From Ginglymostoma cirratum (Eukaryota): a DNA stretch of 64,000 nucleotides. The position numbers and the translations under genes are program-made. Shown here piece after piece: positions 1-12,475 of this stretch (position 1 is the first letter of the stretch; the number at the start of each line of letters is the position of its first letter). The stretch lies in assembly GCA_024137785.1 (NCBI GenBank), contig JAHRHZ010000062.1, positions 30,879,816 through 30,943,815 on the forward strand, written 5' to 3'. The notes under the pieces are model-generated. The model was not told the DNA's origin. It worked only from the letters and a program-made list of their open reading frames with translations, and ran no database searches.

Positions 1-829
1 AAAATAAGATCAACTCAGTGAACACAACAGGATTTATGGAACTTTGACGAATACAGTGTATATCCTGAAACAATAAAATTGAAGGGTTGAAAAATAAACA
101 AGAAACAAGGAAGGACTGAGAGAGGAGGCAGATTAAGGAATAAATCATGTAAAGGAGAAATAAAGAGAGGGAAAGAAAAATCTGAACAGAGAAAAATAGC
201 AAAGCAAAAATAAAAGTAATAATAAAAATAGAGTTAGCACTTACAATTTTTATATCTCCTAAAACAGTCCTTAAACTGAAATATGAAATTCTGTACATAA
301 AATTGTCATTCTTTTCCAAAAGTTCAATAATTGGCAGCCAGAAACAATTATCATGTCTTTAAAAGGCTACTTAGACTGTTAATTACTTGGCTTAACTTTC
401 TGTTGTTCACTTGATGTGCAAGTAATTTGCAAATGCAGCAAAGTTAAGAGAACATTTGGGAGGGAATGTTCGAGGTGCCAGGGCTAGGGCAGCACAAAGG
501 TTCAGCAATTGCGGCACTTTGTAATTCAGCGGCAGTCAACTTCAAACTGAGCTCCCATTTGCACATCACCACACAGGACACTGAGATATTCCGATACTCC
601 ATACTAATAATATGGATTAAGAATCTACTCAGTTTGTTTTAGTCTTTAACCTCAGACTCTTTCACACCCATCAAGCAATGGAATCAATACAGGCCAATAT
701 CTTAGTTTTTGATTTCTGAGGTAGAATTGGGTTGTTAACAATTCAAATACCTCATTTTTCTGCTTCAACACTCACATACACCAATTTTGTAATTCACACC
801 ATAAAATGCTCACCTTTCCCATTACAACA

Positions 830-1400
830 TATGAGCATAAAAAAGTAGAAAAAGCAGGCCATTCAACCCCTCAAACCCAGTCTGCTATTCAAAAAGTTCC
901 TTGCTGACCTGTTTGTGTTTCAAGTGTCACATTGTCATTTACCCTCAAAACCTTTGATTTCCTTGCCTAACAACAATCTATCCACCTCTGTCTTAAAAAT
1001 GGTCATTCAGCCTGTCTCTATTGCCTTCTGAGGCACAGAGTTCCAAAGTGTCTCAACTCTCTGATAGAATAAAATTCTCTTCATTTCTATCCTGAAAGGT
1101 TGATCCATAATCTTAAAAGAGTGGCAATTTGTTCTGGACTGACCCACACGACAAAACAGTCTCCCCATGTCCACTTTGCCAAGACTATTCAGGATCTTAT
1201 ATACTTCAATTAAGTCACCGCTCACACTTCTAAACTCTAGTGGAAGCAAGTCCAGCCTGTCCAATCTATCCTCATGAGACAACCTGCTCAATTCAGGCAT
1301 CATTTAGTAATCCTCCTTTAAGCTGTTTCCAATGTATTTACATCCGTACTTAAGGAGGTCAAAATGGCACAAAGTATTCAAGATGCTTACCAATGTTAAT
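830..1400 (-). mobile_element. CR1-type LINE 3' fragment
   Basis: ORF 1007..1303: RLD.L.L..LE.R...GDLIEVYKI...F.QRV..LWNS.P, the C-terminus of CR1 ORF2. Confidence 0.88.
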
Positions 1401-2324
1401 TTACCAGTGCCCTATATAAAACTTAAATGTAATTGCCCTGTATAACTGAAACACTTCATGACTTATTTCCAATCTCTTCTTTACGAGTTTAGCAGTAGCA
1501 CATCAAGAATAAAACATTTCTTCTTATTGTTACTGCATTCAACACCTTAAAAGGAACCACATTAAAAATGGTGCTCAGATGAATGAGATTGTTGGTACTA
1601 TTTGCATACACAAAACATTCAGACGGATAGATTTCTGCTTTATTGGATAGGCTACTTGCTTTTGCATGAATAAGATGCAGTCCAACAATCTCATGGCATC
1701 TGCATCTTTCTGGTAAATCTCTAAAATAAACCACTTAGCTGCAAATCCACAACCTCTAAACAACACATCTGTCATTTGTCCCCAGATTCTATTCATGAAT
1801 TCTGGAAAAACTCAAAGAAGAATTCTACTTGTACGGTGAGGACCAACATTTTGTTTCCCTCTGAGTTAAAAAGTAAATAAAAGTCAAGAAAACGTGATAC
1901 AATATAAAGGAAAGAGTGGAAGAAAGAGAAACTCTTTCTCCTTATCCAAACGTTTTTGTCTCATCCCCCTCAGGAGATTATCGTACCCTTAGCCACATCT
2001 CTTCTACCATCTCATTGTCTCCCACCTTCCATTTCTTATGCACTGCCTTTTTCTTGACTGATTGCAAATTATTCATTATTGTTCCTACCTGTCAGATTCA
2101 TATTTGCATTTTATCTTGTCCAACTGTCTCTCTTTTTCCCACCTAATTGAATCTTTCTCTCTCTGTATTTATAGCATTCTGTCATCAGACTTCTGGATGA
2201 TTGTCTTTAATCTCTATCCTCTTTCCTCATCTTGTGTTTTCTGTCTTCAACTCACTTGCCCCGTGTAACTGTTTTGTATATTAACTACATTTTATTTACT
2301 TTCTTTTCATCTATTACTTTTTAC

Positions 2325-2400
2325 CTGGTGCTTCCCATGTCATGTGGTGCTCCTTCCAGTGAATCCATTTTTGAGTCACGAGATCCATTAACTGCAGGAC
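2325..2400 (-). CDS. TRIM66: TRIM66 short linker exon (CPAVNGSRDSKMDSLEGAPHDMGSTR)
   Basis: tttactag|GT...ACCAG|gtaaaa; 76 nt, phase 1 to 2, open in the required frame; little recognisable homology. Confidence 0.7.
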
Positions 2401-3360
2401 CTAGTAAACAGCAACAGCATTATTACTAAAGTATTACCATATAGCTATTTGCAAAAACATCTGCCAAGACTGAGCGCTCTATGCATTAAGTGTGGGGATG
2501 GTTATCTTCAGGAGTTAGTGATTCCACACCGCTACTAACAGAAAGCTCACTAGGTCAAGCTCCAGTTAGCTCACTTGAAAGCTGACCAGCCTGCTTCTTA
2601 GTAAAGCGTTGTCAGCAAAGCTATACACTGTTTGAAGCTGCCAGTCAAAGACTTGAATTTTGGGATCCTGGAAATTACAGCAGGCGGCCCAGGTTGCAGG
2701 GAATCCATCATGAGAATATAGGTAATTTTCTTTTGGGATCTTGCAGGGTAGAGACAATGGAGAGAGGGAGGTCGGGGAGAGGTGCACCAGGGATCTCAGG
2801 GTGTCCTGGCCGTGATGAAAACTTCCACGTACACCGAGTGGGAGAATCCAGCTAATATTGGACAAGAGGGGTGCTGTAGGGCTGTGTTATCTAGTTAGTG
2901 AGATTGGAATATTAATGAGAATGCCTGCTTGACCTCATGTAAAGAAGCCCTCTATGAAACTCAACAAAACTAACACTTAGCTGATTTCTGGTAAGATTTG
3001 TCTCAATGCAATAAACACATTCTGTTTAGGGATGTATGTTACTGGTTTAGGTGAACAGGCACAGCCTACCTTCTGCCTAAGATGTTGTATGTCTCCTTCC
3101 CTAAATGGTATCAGTAGTTCAGACTAATTCTAGCAAGACCGTTTGGTGTAGCGAATCTAGCCTCGACATCCCAGATAGTTCACATAAATAACCATGACAA
3201 TACATGCAATCCCAGTGGACTTTCTTACCTAACTTAATTGTTGAGCTGGTGAGAAGAAGGTGTGTATGTCTCCAGGAACAAATTGTCCAATTATTTAGCC
3301 TTCTCACCACCTCCAGGCAGGAGACAATTGTGCCCATCAAGTCATTTGAGTGGTCATGTA

Positions 3361-3730
3361 ATAGAGACATAGAGTCATACAGCATGGAAACAGACCCTTC
3401 TATCCAACTGGTCCATGCCAACCATGTTCCCAAACCAAACGAGTCCCACTTGCCCGCATTTGGCTCATGCCCCTTCAAACCTATCCGATTCATATACTTA
3501 TCCATATGTCTTTTAAATGTTGTAACTATACCTGCATCCACCACTTCCTCTGGCAATTCATTCAACACCTGAACCACTATCAGTGTAAAAATGTTGCCCC
3601 TCATATCCTTTTTACATCTTTCTCCTCTCACATTATAAGTATGTCCCCTAGTTTGGAACTTCCCCACCCTAGAGAAAAGATCCTTGCTATTCATCTTATC
3701 TGTGCTCCTCATGATTTTATAAACATCTAA
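3361..3730 (-). mobile_element. CR1/HER1-type LINE 3' end
   Basis: ORF 3119..3757: VYKIMR...TRGH...RGNIFT..VV..LNELPEEVVDAG...FKRH.D; tail CTGTATGACTCTATG. Confidence 0.9.
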
Positions 3731-4526
3731 AAGGGGTGTGATATGATTTAACTTCATGAATTAGTGTACCATGCAGAATATTGTCAATGCACTCTGTTTT
3801 GTTACATAACCACAAGTCCAGATTAAACTAAAATAAATAGTCAGGGTTGGTTTTGCTACTATTTAAAAATTGTTTCCATTTCTCCTGGCAATTACGGTGT
3901 CATTTTCAGTATGGCTTGGGGTGTAAATGAGAGATTCTCCAAGTGCATTAGGTAATTGTTGCCTCGTCTAATGTGGCATGAAGCTGTACAGACCAGGAGA
4001 TTCTCGAATTTTATTTGTAACAGAACCTAGTTAGGTCACTAACTTTGGTACTAGCCAGAGAGGAGGGAAGGAGAGTGAAGAGCAATGTTATCTGAAAATC
4101 CCATTTCTGGTCACTATTCAATTTTTTTTTCCCTTTGGAATGCCATGCATGTGAATACCAAATATTAACATAATCAAACTTGGCCATATTGCCTATGAAA
4201 TGAAAAGCTTGCCAACAACCACTATAAATATAGTGGCAAAGTGAAAGCATTAATGCCATCCATTGGATTGAACCCTAAAGCAAGGCACTACCTTCAGGAA
4301 GGAAGGAGAAAAGAAACCGAACACGTGAACTTGTACTTGATAAACTATTGCAAGTTTGATATCTGTCTTATTTTACCCTGGGAAATGCACTAGGCATCTC
4401 ATTTGGTTGTGTCACGTGATATTCTGAAATACCACGTCCTCGTAAATTTCATAACATTATCTCATTTCTCAAACACTGGTGGAGGGGTAATGCTAGCTAA
4501 TAGCAAAGATAGGGAAGACAACTTAC

Positions 4527-4635
4527 ATCCAACATTCACGGAAAGATTAATCGGTTCTTTGAAATTAACATCTTCTAAAGACACTGATTTAATTTTCATA
4601 GATTCCTTAGGTAATTTAGTATTACTTTCTTCAGA
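4527..4635 (-). CDS. TRIM66: TRIM66 linker exon with EPINLSV (SEESNTKLPKESMKIKSVSLEDVNFKEPINLSVNVG)
   Basis: cttttag|TCT...GGAT|gtaagt; 109 nt, phase 0 to 1; EPINLSV matches recalled human TRIM66. Confidence 0.87.
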
Positions 4636-5503
4636 CTAAAAGAGACAACAAAAGTGGAAAGAGGTTAGTCGTTCAACCATTGATTATAATAAACTGTTAT
4701 TGAAAGCACTCAAGCTTACACTTTTGAATTCTCACTGTCTGAAATGCTTCACAATACGTAGAAAAGTTCTAATGATATAACTGAAATAAAAACAAAACCA
4801 CAATGTACATTAGTTTATTTTCTTTAATTCTCTTATGGGACATAAGAAATTAAAAATTATTTCTGTGCTGAAACCAGTTGCCTGAATTTCTAAGCAGGTG
4901 TGGGGCTCATGTGGGTCCTAACCATGATGGTATCAGAATCCTGCCAACTTTCATGACTTTTCTAGAGGTGGTTGAATTAAGAGGTTAGTTCCAGGAGCCC
5001 TAACAAATTAAAGAACAGTGGGCAGGCTGCACAGGCTGGAAGGCTATTTCACACCTAAGGATGCGAGAGTTGGTAGCTCCATTAGGAATAGTGAATGGTG
5101 GCAATGTATGTGGAGAACCATGAGAAAACAGAAGCTCCCAATGAAGACTTCTAAACTTTAAAATGACCAAAGCCACAGCTGTCAGCCTATCATTGTGGAG
5201 TGAAGCTCTTGTCAAAACATCTGGGGTATCTCTGGCTTCATTCATCAGACATAAGGAATGAACATCATGCACCAAGCTGCCAAAAATGGTGCACCTGGAG
5301 TATTGGACCAGATTGCCCAAAACTCTCCACCATTGGATTTTCCTTAATTTTTGTATTATGTGATTAACAAGATGACAGAAGGTGAACCAGATTGAACTTG
5401 GTCTTTCTTTTCTGGCAAATCCAGTATTTCCACATATTCATAGAATCCCTCAATACAAACATGCAGCAAATTGTCATGCTTCAGTTAATAAAATAAAACT
5501 AAC

Positions 5504-5686
5504 CTTATTCTTCTCAGTGCTCTTTGGTTCCCCATTTACGATTACATTCTTTACCAGAAGATCCTGATTGCCACCATCAGATCTGTGCACAGTTAACTGG
5601 GATTGCAGTTCAATGAGTGAAGGTGCAAGGCGTGAAGCATCTGCACCCAATGGCGGCCTGCATTTTATTTGGCCTGAAGCTGAGCG
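5504..5686 (-). CDS. TRIM66: TRIM66 linker exon (RSASGQIKCRPP...EPKSTEKNK)
   Basis: gttgcag|CGC...AAG|gttagt; 183 nt, phase 0 to 0; the junction gives RKRGK-RSAS, similar to recalled human RKRSTS. Confidence 0.8.
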
Positions 5687-5724
5687 CTGCAACAGATAAA
5701 CCACAATAAAAGTATTTTACTTCC

Positions 5725-6830
5725 ACAACAACTACTCCTATTTATATAGCACCTTTCATAATACAAAACAAGGGCACTTTACAGGGGTTTTATATAACAT
5801 TTAGAGGGCTCTTGTGGCACAATGGTAGCCTCCCTACCTCTGATCCAGGAGGCTTCGGTTCAAGTCACACCTGCTCCAGAGGGGTGTCATAATATCTCTG
5901 AGCAGGTTCATTATAAAATTTAAAAAAAACATCAGAGTGAGCGACATAAGTTGTCAGATTGTATGATCAAAATATTGGTTAAAGAGCAAGGACTGGGGAG
6001 GCTTGAAGGAATTTGTGAAAGGAGGAAAGAGACATCGAGAGACAGACCCGTTTAGAGACAGAATTTGAGAGCTTAGGCCTTAGGTATGGCCACTAATAAT
6101 GGAGAAAGTAGATTCAGGGATGCTCAATAGGCTGGAATTAGAAGAAAGGAAATTCCTTGGAAGATTGCAGAGGTGGGAAGGATCCATGGAAATAGTGGGT
6201 TGACTACACCATTACTCTGACAAGAACTACTGAGCACGCACATAAGCTTCCATGACATCATGATGTCAGGTCACATGGCAGTGAGATTAAGTAGAAGGCG
6301 GCACTAGTGAAGCCAGGCCCCACCATGCTCATATATATCGTTTACAGGCAATAATTGTTAACAGTTCAGACTAACCAATAAAAGCTGCTAACCTACAGGG
6401 TCCAGACCACGGACAGCTTTGAATTTTAATGCAAAGCACTGTTTAAACAGGAGCCAGTGTAGATTAATAAGCATTGGACTGATGGATGAATGAGATATAG
6501 TACAAGGTAAGACATGAGCAGCAAAGTTTGGGATGACCTCAGGTTTATAGAGAATGTGGGACAGTGGCAGAGACACACAAGAATAGCCAAGATTGCAAAA
6601 GATGTTTGAGCAGAATGGCTAAGGCAAGGCAGAGTTAGACAATGTTACAGAGGCGGAAATAGGTGTTGGTAAAGATTAAGATATGTTGTTGAAAGCTCAT
6701 TTGGGGTCAAGAGTTTTCAACAGTTAATTGGTGAATATTTCTGCTGCAGCACTGGGTATTTGATAAGTCAGGTGACAACTTAGTGCCAGTGGAGAGTTTG
6801 AGAGAGAGATGGTGGTGAACTAAAAGTGCA
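5725..6830 (-). mobile_element. Degenerate L2-type LINE fragment, interrupted by a SINE and a small insert
   Basis: ORF 6388..6576 AAHVL....HSSISPML.NLHWL is similar to the L2 motif ITPVL..LHWLP; L2-like tail ATTTATATAGCACCTTT at about 5740. Confidence 0.7.
5805..5930 (+). mobile_element. Short tRNA-derived SINE; a degraded second copy lies at about 7105-7180
   Basis: A box TGGCACAATGG, B box GGTTCAAGTC, A-rich tail. Confidence 0.7.
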
Positions 6831-8889
6831 TCTCAGCGCCACCGGATGAAGGTCAAATTAAAACAGGATTTTATGTTAATATCAGCTTCATTAATATGCA
6901 ACTAAAGCAAGAAGAATGCAAATGAAAGCAGGTTTTTAGCTTTTTTTTATGTAAGCTATGGTTACATGACTTATAACATGCTCCTAGGATCCCCTCTTGT
7001 ATGCTTCATTGAATCAGGCTTGAATTCCATGGCAGAATGGGAAATATGCCGGACTATGAGGATAGATTGGCTTTGGATGAAGAAGGCTTTTTTTTTTATT
7101 AAAAAGAGGGCACTTGTGGTGAAGTGGTAATGCCCTATCAGTCCTGAAGATGTGTCATAACGTATCCAAAAGGTGGACTAAAATGACAATTTTGATTGTA
7201 TATAGATATCCAATTGAGGAGCAGGACCAGAAATATCTCTAGTAACACAACAATTTGGTTTCCAAGGACTCAATATTGTTCTATTAAGTGCAATTAGATG
7301 AAAAAAAGGGATTGAACCTCCCTGGTTAGTGCTTGCATGGATGGGAAAGCTATAACTCTTGGTCCATGCACAGGTCATAATTTTTTGAAGGAAGAGGTAG
7401 GCAAAAGGAGAAAAGGGTAGAAGTTAGAAGGATTGAAAGGAAAATCTTATTAAGTTCTTCAAAACCAAAAGATTTCTATTCTGGAATTTTATAAGGTTAT
7501 ATGTGTTGATGGCCATTTAAATCACATTGCATGCGATTATTAATGGTGGTTTATTTTTCTGTGCCAAAATTGTCAGCTCATGATTTCAGCTTTTGAGTCT
7601 GGCTCTTTTTACCTGTAATCCTGAATTTTGGGAAAGCAATCTCCAAAAACATATAACGTAAGGTGCCTTTTAAAAGCAACAATATGAGGGAAGGATGATA
7701 TTTTAATTAGCACATATAGGGATGTTTGAAACTTATTGTAATTTCCTAGACGTGGTGCAAACACAGCTTTGTGAAAGTACTTTCAGTGATATATTTCCAA
7801 GTCAGAATGGTAAGTGGCTTGGAGATACCTATCACTGAATTACTAATATTCAAATGGTTAGCCAAAAGACTCAAAAGAATATTTACGAATTTTTAAAAAT
7901 ATTAATAAGTAGAACAGTTTGTGTCTGGTTTCTTCAGGACTGCTCCAAACAAACACGAAAAGCATTAAGAAATAGTCTCATAGCACATTATAGCCAGACA
8001 AAATCTCGGCCCCTCCCTACAAATAACAACATTTCAATATATATATTTTCTGAATGGGCAAAAGACCACTCTCTCCCCTTCTGAAAACGCTAGAAGAATC
8101 TCCCCATCTCAGAGTTCCTAATTAACAATGAATCATTAAGGTTGGACACCGAAGCAGCAAACTAGTTAAGCATCTTAATTTAGATAAACTAAAATACAAA
8201 AGCAAACATTAACACTAAATATACCTGACCATTACAGAATTTCAATTGAATTTTCTTTGTGTTTTTTTTTAAAAGAAACACTAAAATGAGAAAGTGAAAA
8301 GAGGAGGATGCCTGACTTGCAACAGTCAGTCAGTTTCTGAAAGTAAAATATATAACTTTTGATAGTTCTGAGGAGGAAGAACTGCACTCTATGATCTTTC
8401 TCTTCCAAATGCAGAATAACATTATGCTTTTCACAATTTTATAATCTTTTATTAAGGAAGTTGCAACAGCTGTCTCTTAACAATGAGGTTTGATTTTGGT
8501 CAACTGTGCTTAACAGAAGCTAGACAATTCCCCTAATAGAAGAAAACAGGTCAACAACAACTCCCTTTGGTGTTTCTCCACTCCTTAATAAACAATTCTT
8601 TATAATTTTTGGTAATATCTAAACGTATTAAATGTAGCAAGAAAGAACTGTGTGGCAATTGCTCCAATGATACGCCTGAATATCATTTAAGAAAACGAAT
8701 TCTTTTATTAGGTAATGGATAAAGTATAGTGAATTGTATATTTATACATATCAAATAGAAAACAACAGATGTTTGATCCAATTAAATGACTACCTTAGTT
8801 AGTGTAGTAAAGGCATAGCACAATAACCAATCTTTCATTGAAATAATTTACTTTTTCAGAATCAAATAATTAAATGTACTCCTAAAGCA

Positions 8890-9320
8890 GATTCCGACCT
8901 TACACCCTCTATAAATCTGTTTTCTAAATCACATCAAGTATAGCTCACTCTTCATCCCTGCGCTCATCAATATGCATTGGCTCCCATTCAACCAATACCT
9001 AAATATTAACTCAATTCTTTGACCCTCCCTTAAAGCAAAACCTTCTGTCACCCTGCAAACCTGCAAGAAATTTCCATTCCTCAAGCTCTAACCTCTTGTG
9101 AATCCACAACTCCCTCAACATTGCTGGTTTAATCACCTCATTTGCTCCGTTTTTCCCTCTCTATTTTCTCCTTTAAGACCCTCCTTAAATCTTATCACAT
9201 ACAAGCAAGATTTTTGACACCTGTCAAATTGCCTCAGTGTCCATCTTTGTCTAATTACATTTCTGTGAAGTGCCTTGAGATGTTTCCCTACATTAAAGGC
9301 AATGCTAAATGTAAGATGAT
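8890..9320 (+). mobile_element. Degenerate L2-type LINE 3' end
   Basis: Decayed LHWLP-like region and tail GTGAAGTGCCTTGAGATGTTT...TTAAAGGC...AAATGTAAG. Confidence 0.6.
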
Positions 9321-10155
9321 ATTGTCAGGAACTGAACTGGTTACCACTTGAGGACATGATGTAAGTGTTTCATAAATTGATCACCTAATCGGTGTTTGAT
9401 CTCATTAAATGTCAAGCATAGTACACCATTTTAATAATGTCCAGATCTGATGAAGGTTCCATTCCTGAAATGCTAATTTCTCTATTCTCCCCATAGTTGT
9501 TAATTGGCATGCTATGTGTTTCCAATAGCCTCTTTCTCAGGTGACTGGCATGGGGAGCTGTTTGTTTTTGCCTTCTTTCAGTCAAATCATGATGCAAAAC
9601 CATCCAAAAATGGCACACCACTCAACTATTTTCTATCATTCTTAAAAATTCATCAGTTTCATTGAAAACTCGTTCAATGGATGCTTGTATCTTGAAGCAG
9701 TTCAATTGATATTTTGAGCTATTGGTTTGACAAATAGTTCTTGATAAATAAAAAGCTCAAAGGAAATAAAAGTGTGCTTTCAAATAATTTATTCAATTCT
9801 CATTTTAGGTATTTGGATCAAGTAAAGTATGTGGAGTTCAGCTTTAAGTGTTGTTACTATACAGATTACAGAAACTCTGTTTGTAATGCAAGCTGTCTGT
9901 TTTTGAAGAAGAGGAAACACAACTGCAGGTGTAACTGAAAGCAAGAGACTAAATTTGACAAAGTAAATAGCTACGATACTTAGAAAAACCTTAATCATCC
10001 CATATAAGCATTAATTTTGTGTGTTACAAAGACTCATTTCTGCACTTGTCATGGTTCTGCAGTTCTCCTTTTCATGAAAAAGCTGTTCTTTTCTGCTGTC
10101 ATCTGTGGTTCACTGAATTGGTGTTCCTGAAGGCAAAACAGCTGAACAACAGGTG

Positions 10156-10869
10156 ATATAACAAGGTGTAGAGCTGAATGAATACAGCAGGCCAGGCAGC
10201 ATCAGAGGAGCAGGAAAGCTGACGTTTCAGGTCTGGACTCTTCTTCAGAAATGGTGGGCGGGGGGGTCTGAAATAAATAGAGAGAGGGGGAGGCGATGAT
10301 AGAAGATGGATAAAGGAGCAGATAGGTGGAGAGAAGACAGACAGGTCAAGGAGGCGGGAATGAGATGGGCTGGTCTTGGGATGAGGTCGGGGGTGGGGAA
10401 GTTTTAAACTTGTAAAGTCCACATCGAGACCATTGGGCTGCAGGGTTCCCAAGCGGAATATAAGGTGCTGTTCCTCCAGTTTTCGGTGGCATCGTTGTGA
10501 CATTGGAGAAGGCCCAGGATGCACATGTCGTCCAGGGAGTGGAAGGGGAAGTTGAAGTCGTTCGCGACTGGAAGGTGTTGTCGCTTGTCACGAACAGAGC
10601 ATAGGTGCTCCACAAAATGATCTCCAAGTCTCCTCTTGATTTCCTCGATGTAGAGGAGGCCACACTGGGAACAGCGGATGCAGTATACCACATTAGCAGA
10701 TGTGCAGGTGAACATCTGCTTGATGTGGAAGGTCTTCTTGGGGCCTGGGATGGGGGTGAGGGGGAAGGTGTAGGGGCAGGTGTAGCACCTCCTGCGGTTG
10801 CAGGGGAAACTGCTGAGGGTGGTGGGGCTAGTGGGGAGTGTGGAGCAGACGAGGGAGTTGCGGAGAAAG
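10156..10869 (-). mobile_element. Penelope-like retroelement, 5'-truncated: GIY-YIG endonuclease plus terminal repeat with a hammerhead motif
   Basis: ORF 10404..10715 FTCTSANVVYCIRCSQCGLLYI.E.KRRLGD.F.EHL; flanked by direct repeat CAACAGGTG (10147-10155 and 10870-10878). Confidence 0.92.
10221..10248 (-). ncRNA. Minimal type I hammerhead ribozyme motif in the Penelope terminal repeat
   Basis: Minus strand reads CTGAAGA-AGAGTCCAGACCT-GAAAC-GTC; core and GUC triplet intact, helix III only 2 bp. Confidence 0.65.
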
Positions 10870-11446
10870 CAACAGGTGCCTTTGCTTGCCCATTGAGTAT
10901 ATCTACAAGATGCAAATCTTAGTAGTAATGTCTATCACACATGTGTAAATGTCCTCACTCAGCAAAAACAGCCATGACAATTACATCACACTCCAAACAT
11001 TCCCTCCCACTGGTAACATTTCTGGCTAACGGAGGAGAGGGGCAAGTTGAAGAAATGGGTGGTAGTGAAGAATATTAAAATTATTGTTAAGACACTTTTT
11101 AGTGCCTTCCAATGCATTTGCAATCACAGCATTTTTGATTGCCAGGTCTTTGGAGGACAAGACAATTTTTTTTTATTATAGCTGCGACTTTCAGTGTTAG
11201 ATCTGGCAGGGAACCTAGTCAGGGGCAGTATCGTGACCAGAAGAGACCCAGGTAGTTTTATTTTGTGGATAAGGACAAGCAGAGCACGTCGGGACTCTGC
11301 AAGGAATCCTTAAAAACTTTTCCACTGACCCTAAATGTCCGGTTCTGTGAGCCTTTGCATCATGTCATGCTCACTGCTCCTTGATATTCCTGTCAAGTTC
11401 AAGCAAAATGCATTCTGAAAATATGGCAATTATCTAGAAGTAAAAG

Positions 11447-11662
11447 ACAAAAAAAAAAACGACAGATGCTGGAATTCAAGGTGGACAAACAGGAGGCCGG
11501 AAGAACACAGCAGGCCAGGCAGTGTCTGGGGGAAAGGAGAAGACAATGTTTCAGGTGTTACCTTTCTGTTCCCGTCCTGAAGAAGGGTAATACCTGAAAC
11601 ATTGACTTCTCGATTCCTCCAGATGCTGCCTGGCTTGCTGTTTTCTTCTTGTGTCCTGTTTG
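11447..11662. mobile_element. Penelope-derived fold-back short element
   Basis: Inverted arms; CTGAAGAAGGGTAATACCTGAAACATT at 11577; imperfect TSD TCTAGAAGTAAAAG / TCCAGAAGTTAAAG. Confidence 0.8.
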
Positions 11663-11838
11663 TCCAGAAGTTAAAGCTGCTTGAGTAACAAGCCAGTGCC
11701 ATTACCAGTCGGAGTGCTGTTACTTACCCACATCTCAGCTTCTAAAAGGCACAGTCACAGAGTTAATATCAGTGCTATAGTTCTGACAATTCATGAATAG
11801 AAAGATCAAAATTTAGCAAGTTAGATTTCTAATACTAC

Positions 11839-12012
11839 CTTTCCCCTTTTTCTCACAGTAGTTGAAGACTTTGTGGTTGTCGATCTTGAAGTAGTTGATT
11901 GTTTTCCAACTGTGTTGCCTATTCCCACTAAATCTACTGGTTGGAGGGTAATTGTGCTTGTTCTGTGAGAATTTACAATTTGCTGTTCTTCAGCATCAAG
12001 GCGATTGTGCAA
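11839..12012 (-). CDS. TRIM66: TRIM66 linker exon (LHNRLDAEEQ...KSSTTVRKRGK)
   Basis: ttccttag|TTG...AAG|gtagta; 174 nt, phase 0 to 0; S/T-rich with a basic end. Confidence 0.8.
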
Positions 12013-12169
12013 CTAAGGAAATAAATGGCAAAAATTATTTTAAAAATAATTTTGAGAGCTGTAAACGTAAGTACTCAAAAAGTTATTGTTGTAAAAGTTC
12101 AATTCCACAAATCTGTTTTTTCACTGCATTCTTCAATCTCTTTTTCTATAGATGAACACTCACAGGAAT

Positions 12170-12475
12170 TGGATGGTGTTGTGCTAGGGGACTAGTAACC
12201 CAGAACCCTAGCTTAATATTCTGGGGTTACGGGTGGCAGATGGCGAAACGTGAATTCAGAAGAAGCTGGCCTAATGGTGATTGCATAACCATTGTCATAT
12301 GTTGTAAAAATCCAAATGTTCAGTAATGCCTTTTAGGGATGGAAATCTGCTACCCTTAAGTTGTCAAGCTGACCTGTGAATCCACATCCACAACGTGGCT
12401 GACATTTTACTGCTGTCTGGGCAATTAGGATGGGCAATAAATGATGCCCTCATTCCATAAACAAATTTTTAAAAG
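12170..12475 (+). mobile_element. tRNA-derived SINE with a CR1-type 3' tail
   Basis: GGACTAGTAACCCAGA head, TTTAGGGATGGAAATCTGC body, GGGCAATTAGGATGGGCAATAAATG tail. Confidence 0.75.

Noticed and set aside
3119-3757. 212-aa ORF as a host gene
   Set aside because: CR1 ORF2 C-terminus reading through into flanking DNA.
10099-10922. P/A-rich ORFs 10346..10915, 10099..10524 and 10605..10922
   Set aside because: Alternative or frameshifted frames of the Penelope element.
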